From Octopus sinensis (lineage: Eukaryota): a stretch of 64,000 bases of DNA. Each line of letters opens with the position of its first letter. Position 1 is the stretch's first letter. Position numbers and translations under genes: made by a program. Shown in pieces: positions 1-12,900 of the stretch. The notes beneath the pieces are model-generated. The model was given only the letters and a program-made list of their open reading frames with translations. It had not been told where the DNA came from and searched no databases. Where the stretch lies: the NCBI RefSeq assembly GCF_006345805.1, contig NC_042998.1, positions 49,166,001-49,230,000 on the forward strand. Reading direction: 5' to 3'.

Positions 1-371
1 AACCATCTTACTAACAATAACACAGAGCACCTTTTCAAACTCCACCTGTCTAACACCCGTGGACATGTTTACAAAGTCAGAAAACAGCACAGCTCCCATG
101 ACTTTCGGAAACATTTTTCACACTAAGAGTTGCTAAAGTATGGAACAAACTACCGGCATCAGTTGTTAGTTGTCGGAGCACTTCATCCTTCAAAACTTCC
201 ATGCTTCCTGAGATTCGCCAACACTACACCTGATTTTCTCCCCTCTATACACACGCAAGCATATATCTGACTCATACACTGTTCACTTTCCAGACATTTG
301 TACATCACTGCATATGCTTTATACACACTTTTAACAAGTTGTGGTGCACCTGAGCACTGTATACAATAATT

Positions 372-409
<38 letters not shown>

Positions 410-410
410 T
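1..410 (+). mobile_element. 3' end of a CR1-clade LINE
   Basis: TRGHVYKVRKQHSSHDFRKHF / TLRVAKVWNKLPASVVSCRSTSSFK (one frameshift), followed by an (ATT)n tail at about 371-410. Confidence 0.8.
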
Positions 411-510
411 TCATTGGCTTCCAGTGGTAAGTAAATGCTTCATACATTGAAACTTCACAAATGAAATGAAAGAGTGCAAGCATGCCTATGTATAACACAA
501 CTTTACTTAC

Positions 511-635
511 TATGAGTAATATGACCAGTTCATTCTTTTCAGCAATCGCAGAATGAGAAAAAATTGTGGCTGTAACTGCACCCATGTCATCCTTGTGTCT
601 TTCTCGAACTTGGGCAACACATTTATCATAGTGAC
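511..635 (-). CDS. ACC: ACC exon c22: [42 protein letters not shown]
   Basis: TTCTAG acceptor, GTAAGT donor; matches GHYDKCV...IFSH...KN. Confidence 0.95.
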
Positions 636-744
636 CTAGAAAGTGACCAAAGACATTATTAGGCAATTAGTTCATACAATTAATTACAGAATTGGAAATG
701 AAAGACTTCACATTTTAGGGAATAGCATGCATCCATCCATCCAT

Positions 745-787
<43 letters not shown>

Positions 788-3700
788 TATATCATCATCA
801 CCATGACCATCATTGTTTAACGTCAATGTCTTAGAAGTGCCCTGTGTCAAAAAATATCATTCATAGCAGATGTTCTCTGGAAATCATTCACACACGCCTG
901 ACTCAGGCTCAGAAGTTACAGCCCAAGTTGTTACCTATAATCATAAAATTTAAAAGTAATTCAAATTCAATATTTTCTTGAAACAATAAATTTCTATAGA
1001 AATTAGGATTTAAATTCCAATCCATAGAAAGTTTCCATTCTACGATATTCTTAAAGGAACAAAAAATTTTCCAGTAACTCAGGCTAATATGAACAAGCTT
1101 GGTAGGTGTAAAAGACCAACTGGCATCTCTTGTCAAAAGTACAGGCGACAGTCAGATTGTTGATGTTTGTTGTGCACTTCGCTGACGTACTTTGATAGCT
1201 GTTATTCCATGCATCTGTGTGTAAAGATCAGTTGTGTTTTGCAGGGCTGCTTTATTTTTACCCGTAACTTAGAACTGGAGAAAGACACAGTGCTAGATAT
1301 AAAAAATAAGCCAGTTGGGGCTAGAAATACTGCAGAAAAATGTGAAATTCTTCAAGCAAGCATGTGTCTTATGCGAAATCTGTGATGAGCCTGAGTGACA
1401 CTGATGACCAGGAATCACCTCTGATATATATATATATATATTTTGTGTGTGTGTGTGTGTGTATATATAGCCCCAATGCCTTGTGAGTCAATCTGGGACA
1501 TGGAAATTGTACAAAGCTTGGTGTGTGTGGTGTGTGTGTGTGCATGCGTTCTTGTGAGAATGTTTACATCCTATGTACTTTGCATGAAAATGCACTGAGA
1601 ATACAGGCAGCGAAGTTTGTTGTCTTCCTGTCACATACCCTCACTTCCAAGCAATGTAATATTTCCCCATGACCAGCTATATTTTCACAAAGACCAGAAA
1701 TGAATGATATCACTTGTATAACAATGGCACTCATTTACAATTGTATAAATAAAGAGGTACAAACACACATATGTACACATGCAGCCATGCCTGTCCATAT
1801 ATAAATTAAATACACTTTAACCCTTTGGCATTCACATTGTTCAGTTGAAAGTAATGCTTATTTCTTCACAAAGTTTTGAATTAATCCTGCATTATCTTGA
1901 AGCTTTGAGATTTTGATGAAGCAACTGTTAATTTTTTAAATTATATTGCAGGGTTGTTGTGAGAGGCCAGATATGGCCAGTGTGAATATAAAACAAGTAG
2001 AATATTTTGGTTGGATATGGCTCATTTAAATGCTAAAAGGTTAAAAGTAGAAAAAAAATTTTTTATTTGAAATCAAGCCAAAACATAGCAATTACCATGC
2101 TGAAACTGAGCTTCAACTTGAACATAACATTTCAAAAGATCACGAACAACTGACTTCATGTGGCCTCGGATACCATTTCGATATCTGCAATGATTAAAAT
2201 AAATATTAGCCTTCATGAATGAAGATATCACTCATATATAATTTATACATTTTTTCCGTATGCATAGAAGATGGACATTAAACGATGATGATGATTTTTT
2301 TTTTTGTACAAAATATTAACATCTGTATTGATATTTTTTTTTAATACAAACCTCTGCACAAGCTGCACAATTCCTTGGGTGGTCATAAAAAACACCTCTC
2401 TTTCAGCTCGTCGGTTCAGTGTGGCTGCATGACTGTCAATCACATGAGCAATCTGGTAATTGAAATTAATTAACATTACTAATTACAATATATATGACAT
2501 TTGGAAAGTATTTAACAATCATTTCACTTCTACATATTAGATAAAATATTCCACAAAATCACAACAAAGTTAGGGTCGAGATAAGTTAGCTTCAGCTAAA
2601 CTTCAAGTTTTTCTCATATATTCTGATGTTTCTTGAGCTAACTTTATATGGCAACTAATAAAGACCATGTATATTTTATACAATATTTATTTTATTTCAT
2701 TGTTAGTCCTCCTAAAATGATTAGTTTTTAATGAGTTTCATCAAAGAAGGAGTAGATCCTGCTCTGCTTTACTTCATTTTGAAGAGGATTTATAGAGAAC
2801 TTAATTCTGCTGCTGTTTTCCATTTCCTAAAAAGTGGTTTCTAGGGTACCATATTTATTTGTGAAAATTACATACTCATGTATAATGCACAAACCAAATT
2901 AAGGACAATTTTTTTCTAAAACTATGATCTATTATCCTCTGCTTTTGAAACGTATTATACAAACTGATAAAATGAAATATTATACATTGAATGATAAAAA
3001 ATAAACCCAAGGAAAGTATACAAAATCTGAGAAAATGTTTCAACTGTATATACTCACATCTTGGCTTGGAAACTGGGAGAGAACTGATGTTATATTTTTA
3101 GCATATGATGTTATTAATTTACGAATTGATTTTTCTACATGTGGTGCCACTCTTCCAGCACTCATAGAGATGAGGTCCTACAAAAAGAAAAATATATGTA
3201 TATCAATCTATAAACTTGCACTTGTTTTAGTAATTCTTCAGAAAAATTAGACTGGGTTTTGTTTTGTTATAATATATAATGAAAAGAGCTGGTAACTGAT
3301 CTCTATTTTGTAATTTTATAAACCTTGATTATTGTAAAATAGTTACAGCTGCCATTGATAAAAACTAGAGATATACGCCATGAGAAAAAGAAAATATTTT
3401 GAATGATTAAACAATAGGATTCACTATAGAGCCATTTCACTTTATAGAGATCTTTGCTAAGACTATTACACCTAGAATTTATTTGCAAATCAATTGTTAA
3501 TTCCGTCCAAATTTTATAGTAAATAATAAAATATTTCAGTTCTATATTTAAGAGATGAGGCATTATGTACATTATTTACATTTGACGGATATATTTGTCC
3601 TCATCTTGTTTGTTGTTAACACAATGTTTCGGCTGATATACCCTCCAGCTTTCTTCAGGTGTCTTGGGGAAATTTCGAACCTGGGTTCTCATTCCTGAAG

Positions 3701-4868
3701 AAGTAGTAGCTGTTATTGTTATTATTATTATTATTATTATTCAGGTCGCTACCTGGAATCGAACTCGGAATCTTGGGGTTAATAGCCTGCACTCTTAACC
3801 ACTATGCCATGCCATACGCCCATTACTATAACAAGATTAAAATATTTTCTTTACCTGGAGTTCAAGCAAAGGCAGATTAGGGTCTCGTAAACATTTCATT
3901 AGTGTTTGGACAGATTCCTTGAGGCGTTCACTAAAATATGGACTTGGCAAGACATAGCCTGCTAAAATGTTCTCCAGTTCAGCTTTGATACTTGTAAACA
4001 CTTGATGCAGCTTGTTACCACTTGTTGATTGATTGCTGTTGTATGGTAAGCTACCATCATAAAGTTCCGCCTACAAAAAAACAAATCGTTTAAAATTCCA
4101 ATTAGGAAAAATTTCAAACATTAGAAAAAATATAAATATAATCAAAGCTGAAGGTGTAAATAAAAAGAAAATTTTACCTGTTGTGTTCTACTTGGGTCAT
4201 CTAAATCTAAGGTAGCAATGGTTACACCAGGCTCAAGTAGAGCTCCAGGGCGTTTTTTATAATAAATGCTGGAAATAAACAACAAAATATCAATCATAAT
4301 ATGTAAAACATCAACATCATTATCAATTAATGTCCGCTTTTCCATGCTTGCAATGGATCAGACAGAATTGGTTGAGGCAGATTTTCTATGGCCAAATGCT
4401 ATTCCTATTGCCAACCTTCACCTGTTTCCGAGCAAGGTAATATATATATATTATTCTGTAAAAACATGGCCTGGCATGTCTTTACAGAATATTATAAAAC
4501 ATTCATTTACAACAATAATGCAATGTCTCGGTTAGGAAGAGCACCCAGCTGCAAAAACCATGCCAAAGTAGTCACTGGAGCTTGATGCAGCCTTCTGGTT
4601 TACCAGCCCGTTAAACCATCCAACCATGCCAGCATAAAAGACAGACATTAAATGGATGACATGCGTGTGTGTGTGTGTGTGTTTGTGACGGAGAGAGACA
4701 GAAAGTATGGTTATTAATTCCGCATGGTTGAATATACAAGGAAAGAGAAAAAATGAAAAAATACAGATCTGTTTTGCACAACTAAAGAATATATTAGAAT
4801 CATCATAGCAAAAGTATTATACAATATTGTATAATACTTCTACTATGATTATTCTAATATATTCTCTC

Positions 4869-4917
<49 letters not shown>

Positions 4918-7900
4918 CACACACACACATGCTGGGCTTTTTTCAGTTTCTGTCAACCAAATCCACTCACAAGACTTTGGTCAGCCTGAGCCTATGCAGT
5001 GGGACTAAGCCTGAAGCTTCCCATGCAACCACATTGTCTCGGGTTCAGTCCCACTGCACAGCACCTTTGGGCAAATATTTTCTACTCTAACCCTGGATCA
5101 ACCAATGTCTTGTGAGTGAATTTGGTAGACGGAAACTGTGTGGAAACCTATTGTGCACATGTGTGTGTATAGTAGAAATTCTGTGTACAAATAGATGTAA
5201 GACTGCTACTGTTACGCTTAGAGATCTATATAGGTTATCGTAATTCAGTCTACTTCCTGCATAGTTGTTAAGTAACTAATAATGAAATGCACATAGGAGC
5301 TATAATATAAATGTGTGTGTGTGTGAGAGAGAAAGACAGACAGACAGAGACAGGCAGGAAGAGAGTATGTATGTGAGCATGTGAGTCTCTGTTTTTCAAC
5401 CCCATTGCTTGATAACTGGTGTTGGTTTGTTTATATTCCTGTAACTGAGCAGTTCAGGAAAAAGAAACTGATAGAATAGGTACCATGCTTAAAAAAAAAA
5501 GAGTACTAGGTTCGATTTGTTTGACTAAAGACTTCAAAGTGGTGCCCCTTAATGGCTGCAGTCCAATAACTGAAACAAGTAAGAGATAAAAGATAATTAA
5601 TTAATTAGAAGGATAAATTGACTTACCAACCACTTTCTGGAATTTTAAGAGTAAGATTCATTTTCATAACTTCCATTTCAGCATATGCCTCCCCACTGAA
5701 AAGATGTCCTCCGTCTTCTACTTTATATGAAAGTAGTTTCCCAGCAGACGGGGATCTAAAAGAAATAAAATTATCATTGAAAATTATCAATTGAAATACA
5801 TACATATGTATGTACAACAGTGAGGGGTGAAAAGGGGAAGGGAGAGAGGGGGGACAAAAAGGAAAAGGAATGAAGGAAGGAGGGAAGGAAAGGAAGGAAG
5901 GGAGGAAGAAACAAACAAGAAAGACACAACTATATAATCAAATCACATCAACAAAGCTATCAGAAAAAAATAACTCACTAATATCTTTTATTTACTATAA
6001 CTTAAGATTACAGGTGAATCAAACACTTATTATGGGTTTTTCAAAATTTTCCTTTATCCAATATAACCTAATATCAGTTTTTCGAAATCAAATTCGATGA
6101 TTGGCATCCATGCTAATGGAGCGCTAAGAGCACCATCCGAGCGTGATCGTTGCCAGAGCAGCTAACTGGCGTTCGTGTCAGTGGCACGTAAAAAGCACCA
6201 TTCGAGCGTGATCATTACCAATGTCACCTTACTGGCACTTGTGCCGGTGTGCAGATAACACATAAAAAAAATAAACCATTTTTTCTTGGCCGTTGCCAGT
6301 ACCGCCTGACTGGCCCTCATGCCAGTGGCATGTAAAAGCACCCACTACACTCTTGGAGTGGTTGGCATTAGGAAGGGCATCCAGCTGTAGAAACTCTGCC
6401 AGATCAATATTAGAGCCTGGTGCAGCCATCTGGTTCGCCAGACTCAGTCAAATTGTCCAACCCATGGAAAGCGGACGTTAAAGAGATGATGATGATGATC
6501 AGTTTCAAATTTTGACACGAGACCAGGAGAGGGGTTAAGTCAATTACATCGACCCCATTGCTCAACTGGTACTTATTGTATTGACCCTGAAAGGATGAAA
6601 GCCAAAGTAAAGCCTCAGTGAAATTTGCATTCAGAACATAAAACACAGATAAAATGTCGCAAAGCTAATTATTCTGCCAGAACTGGAACTAATAGAAGAT
6701 GATAAAGATTGCAATGACTGCAAGAAGCAATGCTGGTATAGTAAAACAATGTAAAACAAAGGTAGACAAGAACAATGATGTGTATTTATTTTTGTATTGA
6801 ATTGTATTGTATTTTTGAGCACTGGGAATTGATCTAATTGGCTCACCCTGTCCCCACAAAATTTCAGGCTTTGAGCTTATAGTAGAAAGGCTTATTGTAA
6901 TAGACTTTGTAATCTTAGTTTGAGCAGACACAAGGGACAGAGGTAACTGATGAAACTCATCAAGACAACCCAATATCCTAGTACATGAGAAATACAAATG
7001 TTTTAGTGTCATTTAGGACCAGACTGCAAATCTATCATACTATGTTTTTGTTTGTTTGTTTTTTTAATCGGTTCAATGAAAGAGGCTGAACCCAACAGCT
7101 TAGCAGGTCCTCCAAAACTGATAATATTGATGTGGCTTAAGGTTCCTCTCGAACAGTTGCAAGTCAGTGTAATATGACAATTTAAAATGTGTTCTATTTT
7201 CTTGTCTTCTGGTACAATTAATTCAATGAAGCAAAAGAAATGCAAGATATTACAATAACTTTTCAACAACTTTATATCCATTACACAAATAATGAGACTT
7301 GCTCTTACAGCCATAATATTTTAGAGTGCAGAACTACATATCTAAGGTTCTCAGAAACCAGATGGATAAAATAAGGTGAGCTGGCAGAAATGTTAGCACG
7401 CCAGGCGAAATGCCACTACGTTCTGAGTTCAAATTCTGCCGAGGTCGACTTTGCCTTTCATCCTTTTGGCATCGATTAAATAAGTACCAGTTACGCACTG
7501 GGGTCGATATAATCAACTTAATACATTTGTCTGTCCTTGTTTGTCCCCTCTGTGTTTAGCCCCTTGTGGGTAGTAAAGAAATAAGAAACCAGATGGATAA
7601 AATAAGTTATATAAATGGTACACTTGTACAGAATCAGTCATACAAAGTAAGTTTAGTTCTGTATTTAAGTAAGTGTCTAATTCAACAACCCTGTATCATC
7701 TTAACCTTTTGGCATTTAAATCAGCCATATCTGGCCAAATATTCTACCTATTGTATGTTCAAACTGGCCAGATCCAGCCTCTCACACCTACCCTACAATG
7801 TCATTCTAAAAATAAACAATTACATCATTGAAATTTTGAAGCTATGAGATAATGCATGATTAATTCAAAACAATGTGAATAAATAAGTTTTATATTTGAC

Positions 7901-9876
7901 AGAGTTATCTAAACACCAAAAAGTTAACCAGGGAGTTGTAAGCCTATTGTACTGTGGTTAATCATAAAATAATGTAATGTTCATGTTAAAATATAATAGT
8001 TACCTGAGTACAGTGGGGTCGTTTTCTTTCAGAAAGACACAAGTTTTATTGCCGATGGTAACTCTGTAGCTATCAACTTCTTCCTTCATGTAAGTGGTAT
8101 AACTGGATCCACCTACTGATAGCAATAACCCACCATCGGTCAGACTGAAAGTAAAATCAGGAAAATAATTGTGTAATAGTTTTTGTTCCGAACTAGCAAA
8201 GAAAGATGATTAAATGAAAACAAAATTGAATTGGTTCCTATCAGAAATCACCCCAATTTTGTTTTGTTCTTTTTTTTTTTTTAATTTTGTTTTTGGGTTT
8301 TTTTTACTTACCGATGAGCTTCAATATCCATGTAGGAGCCATTCATTAGAACAAAGTAACTTGCCAGTCCTGTCCTCACAACCTATCACACAAAAACAAA
8401 AAAAAAAAATCATATATATCTTTTATTTGTTACTTGTTTCAGTTACAAGAGTATGACCATGCCAGGGCATGAATTTTTGGTTGTGCCTGTGGCACGTAAA
8501 AAGCACCAGCTGATCATGGCCGCTGCAGCCTCCCCTGGCACCTGTGCAGGTGGCACATAAAAAGCATCCACTACACTCACAGAGTGGTTGGCGTTAGGAA
8601 GGGCATCCAGCTGTAGAAACACTGCCAGATCAGACGGGAGCCTGGTGCAGCCTCCTGGCTTCCCAGACCCCGGTCGAACAGTCCAACCCATGCTAGCATG
8701 GAGAACGGACGTTAAACGATGATGATGATGAACCAACTGCACCACATTTCTTTTTTGGATTTATTCTATCATCTCTTTTGCCAAACCGCTACATTACGGA
8801 GACATACACACACCAACACTGGTTGTCAAGTGATGGTGTAAGAAAAACACAGATACAAAGGCACACACACAAAGACATAAATGGGCTTCCTTCAGTTTCC
8901 ATCTACCAGATCCACACTCACAAGGCTTTAGTTGGCCCGAGACTATAGAAGACACTTCCCCAATATTAAAAAGAAATTAAAGAATAAAGAAAATTACTGC
9001 TAAAAACATTGTTTTTAGCATAATTTAAATTGAATTTGAACAAATAGTATTGTTAATCAGAACTAAAAATGGGGCTTCCTACAAAACCTATTGTTCAGCA
9101 ATTCATTTAAGGACCATGTGGTTTCAGTTATATATTGCCCACTGTGCAACATATTGGGCAGGTGCTTTAGTTATGGGCTAACCAATAGACTATAAGTGGT
9201 ATTTGGTTAAACTGAACCTGTTCAGAATCTCATTGTGCGTATACTGTTTATCTGTTTCATTTAATATCAGTTTCCTCCATGGTAACATGATTTAGAAAGT
9301 GTGAGAGAAGGGTCAATTATCAAGACAGGATTTTTAAGGCCAGATGTACTTCCTGGTGCAGACTCGTACCTCATTTGCAAACAAGGGACTTTTCATTCAT
9401 GAAGAATTAAAAAATTGTAAAGTTAATAGCTAATTAGTTGACAGAAATGTTGGGCTGCAACTTGTCATATTGATTTCAAATTCTGGCACAAGGCCAGCAA
9501 CTTTGGGGGAAGGAGTAAGTTGATTACATTGATCCCCAGCAAACAACTGGTACTTATTGTATCAACCCCAAAAGGATGAAAGGTAAAGTCAAACTCGGCA
9601 GTTGATAGAAATAATATTAACATAAACAAATCTAAAATAGTTCCTTACTGTTGTAACATATTTCACACCATCATAAATGAACTCGACATCCACTTTATTT
9701 TTCAGAGAATTTGCAGGAAATATCTGGCCTCTGGAAAAAAAGAAAAGCAAGAAAAACTTTAGCTACTAACATTTGCAAAAAACAAAAAAAAATCATTAAT
9801 TTTTTTAATTTTCAAAATTCTGAAAGAGATGAGAGACAGAGGAGAGAAGAGAGATAAGGGAAGAGAAAGAGAGAGA

Positions 9877-9912
<36 letters not shown>

Positions 9913-12900
9913 ATACATGTGTGCATGCATGAGAAAGAGAGGAATAAAATAGGTTATTATACTGTTTTAAAAACGATAAACATCGCCCTTTTCAAGCCTA
10001 GGCAGGCTCATGAGCCCGGTTTCTGTGGCATATGTGTTCCCCCCAGCTGGATGGGACGCCAGTCCATTGCAGCATTACTCAAGAAACAGGAAGAAAGAGT
10101 GAGAGAAAGTTGTGGCGAAAGAGTACAACAGGGGTCGCCACCACCTCCTGCCAGAGCCTTGTGAAGCTTTTAGGTGTTTTCACTTGATAAACACACACAA
10201 CACCCAGTCTGGGAATGGAAACCGTGATCCTCCAACCGCGAGTCTGTTGCCCTAGCCACTGGGCCATAGCGCCTCCTTATACTGTTTTACATTCATTTAT
10301 CTATAATTATTTCATTGAAACAATTGCCTTTGCAGCTGAATGTCATTTTTATTGCAAACCATTGAACAGTTAAGTAGGAGTAAAACCTTCCTTTGTTCAG
10401 TTGAGCAAACTAGAACAAGCAGAGTTAAATGATTTTTTTCAGGCATTCAACACAATGACTTTCGAACTTAATGAACTATGTTCTATACTATCTTCATCAT
10501 AAACTTTCAGCCACTGACTATAGAGAAAGAAAAATTCAAGTCTCTAAACAACTAATTGATGAATTAGTAGCACATAGATTGGATACATCAAAACTTTGTC
10601 ATTAAAACCTGTATGGTAAATACAGCGGCAAAAAAATAATGATAACACAGATGTTAATGACAATTTCACTAAACCAGAGTTTGAAATGTCATTTCATCTG
10701 GAGGCAAATTGCCTCAGTATGCAAGTGGTTTGAAGTGTTTTCTTTGCACCCTAAACTTGCCAACAAATAAGAAAGAGATGATGATAGGGTATATGCACCA
10801 ATCTGATAGAAATGTGATATTTGCAACATAAATATCAGTAATAAAACAATATAAAAGGCAGTAAAAAGTAACTTAATATCATGAAGAAATGAGCAAAGGC
10901 AGGCAAGAAGGAGATTAATTCTCCAGCAAGAATCAATATTTCTAAAAGTGGGATTTATGAAAACAATTATATGTTGACTTTGATTAAATATATGAATTGA
11001 ATGATGTATACTAATGGCAACAGTTCAGTTTTTAACAACATAAATACGATTTTCAGGCACACAACTTGAATTTTCCAGATCAAAATTGACAATAAAAGAA
11101 AGGTAGGTAAGCTTATACACCAAGACAGCTTCATAGGACCAAAAATTCTATGTGAAATGTAGCAGGATTTGAAAAGATAGTGACAAAGCTTACACGACAT
11201 GTTTACAATATATTCTATGTCAACTTGTGTGCCAGAATACATGCTAATAGGAAAACCAAGAAATATAAAACATTCTAAAATATACAGTTATGTACAGTTA
11301 TATTTAACATGTTTATATAATTTTTTTCTCAAGACAATTTGTGCAACGGTATTGTTTTTCTAAGTCCAATGTACAAGAACAGGTTTAAATATAACTGTAC
11401 ATTACTATATTTCATTCAACACTATTTAGTGCACCTCTAATTAATTATAAAATGTGATATCTAATATTTGTTTTAAAGTATATGGAATAAAATAATTAAG
11501 GTAATCAGACCTTTCTAAAGCAGTTTGAAAGTTCTGGAAACAAGTGAATATAGTATGATCGGCAAGATGGAGAGACCCACTGATGACACCAAGAATTATA
11601 TCAGGTTTTTCAGCCTAGAAATGAATAAAATAAAATGTTATTTAACAAGTGTGCACAAGTACAGTAATATTGGTTTCAATTTTTGACACAAGGCCAGGAA
11701 GTTCAGGGTGGTGGATAAGTCAATTACATCAACCCCTGTCCTCAACTGGTACTTATTCTATCATCATTGAAAGAATGAAAGGCAAAGTCAGCCTCAGCAG
11801 CTTTTGAACTCAGAACATAAAGATAGACAAAATACTGCTAAGCATTTTGCCTGATGTGCTAATGATTCTGCCAGCTCAACACCTTACACAAGGAAAGTAA
11901 TATCAAAGAGTAATAGATTACAGCATATGAAGCTAGAAGTTTTAGGAAGCAACAAATCTAGCAATATCCAAAACATTTCACCACGCTTCTTTCTATACAC
12001 TCTTGACAGTAAGACTTATGCAATAAAGCAGCTCCTATTTTGGAATGTAACAGTGTAAGTTAGCCCTTTAGACTTCCACATCTGTCTATTACATACACAG
12101 TTGGCTAAAATCTATAAATATATTCTGTAGTACAGTATAGCAAAGACCATGCAGTTTGTCACATACTAGCAAGTCTTTTACAATAAAGCTAATTAATAAA
12201 TCCATTTGAGCGTGATCGTTACCAGCATCACCTTACTGGCACTTGTGCCGGTGGCACATGAAAAAACATATGCGCGAGGTCGTTGCCAGTGCTGCTGGAC
12301 TGGCTCCTGTGCAGGTGGCACGTAAAAAACACCGTTTGAGCGTGGCTGTTGCCAGTACAGCCTGACTGGCACTCATGCTGGTGGTACGTAAAAGCACCCA
12401 CTACACTCTCAGAATGGTTGGCATTAGGTAGGGCAACCAGCTGTAAAAACTCTGCCAGATCAGATTGGAGCCTGGTGCAGCCATCTGGCTCGCCAGTCCT
12501 CAGTCAAATCATCCAACCCATGCTAGCATGGAAAGCGGACGTTACACGATGATGATGATGATGATGATGCTCTAAGATTTTGAACAGATGTCATGTGTGA
12601 TGTAGATCTGTTATTATTAGTATTATCAGTATGTATTCTTCTATATACTCTGTCATCAGGCGTGGTGATGTTTGCTTTAATAAAGTTCAGAAGATCATCA
12701 TCATCATCATCGTTTAACATTCGTTCTCCATGCTAGCATAGGTTGGACGGTTCGACCGGGGATCTGGGAAGCCAGAAGGCTGCACCAGGCTCCAGTCTTA
12801 TCTGGCAATGTTTCTACAGCTGGATGCCCTTCCTAACACCAACCACTCCGTAAGTGTAGTGGGTGCTTTTTACGTGCCACCTGCACAGGTGCCAGGCGAG

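Noticed and set aside
3744-3820. tRNA-like sequences here and at other SINE heads (e.g. 33884, 36312, 10276)
   Set aside because: No complete cloverleaf with matched acceptor stem; they run directly into SINE bodies, so they are not called as tRNA genes.
10438-10501. ATGATGA...CTGA spacing on the minus strand resembling a C/D box snoRNA
   Set aside because: No convincing terminal stem, no recognisable rRNA guide, and both boxes are common by chance in this sequence.
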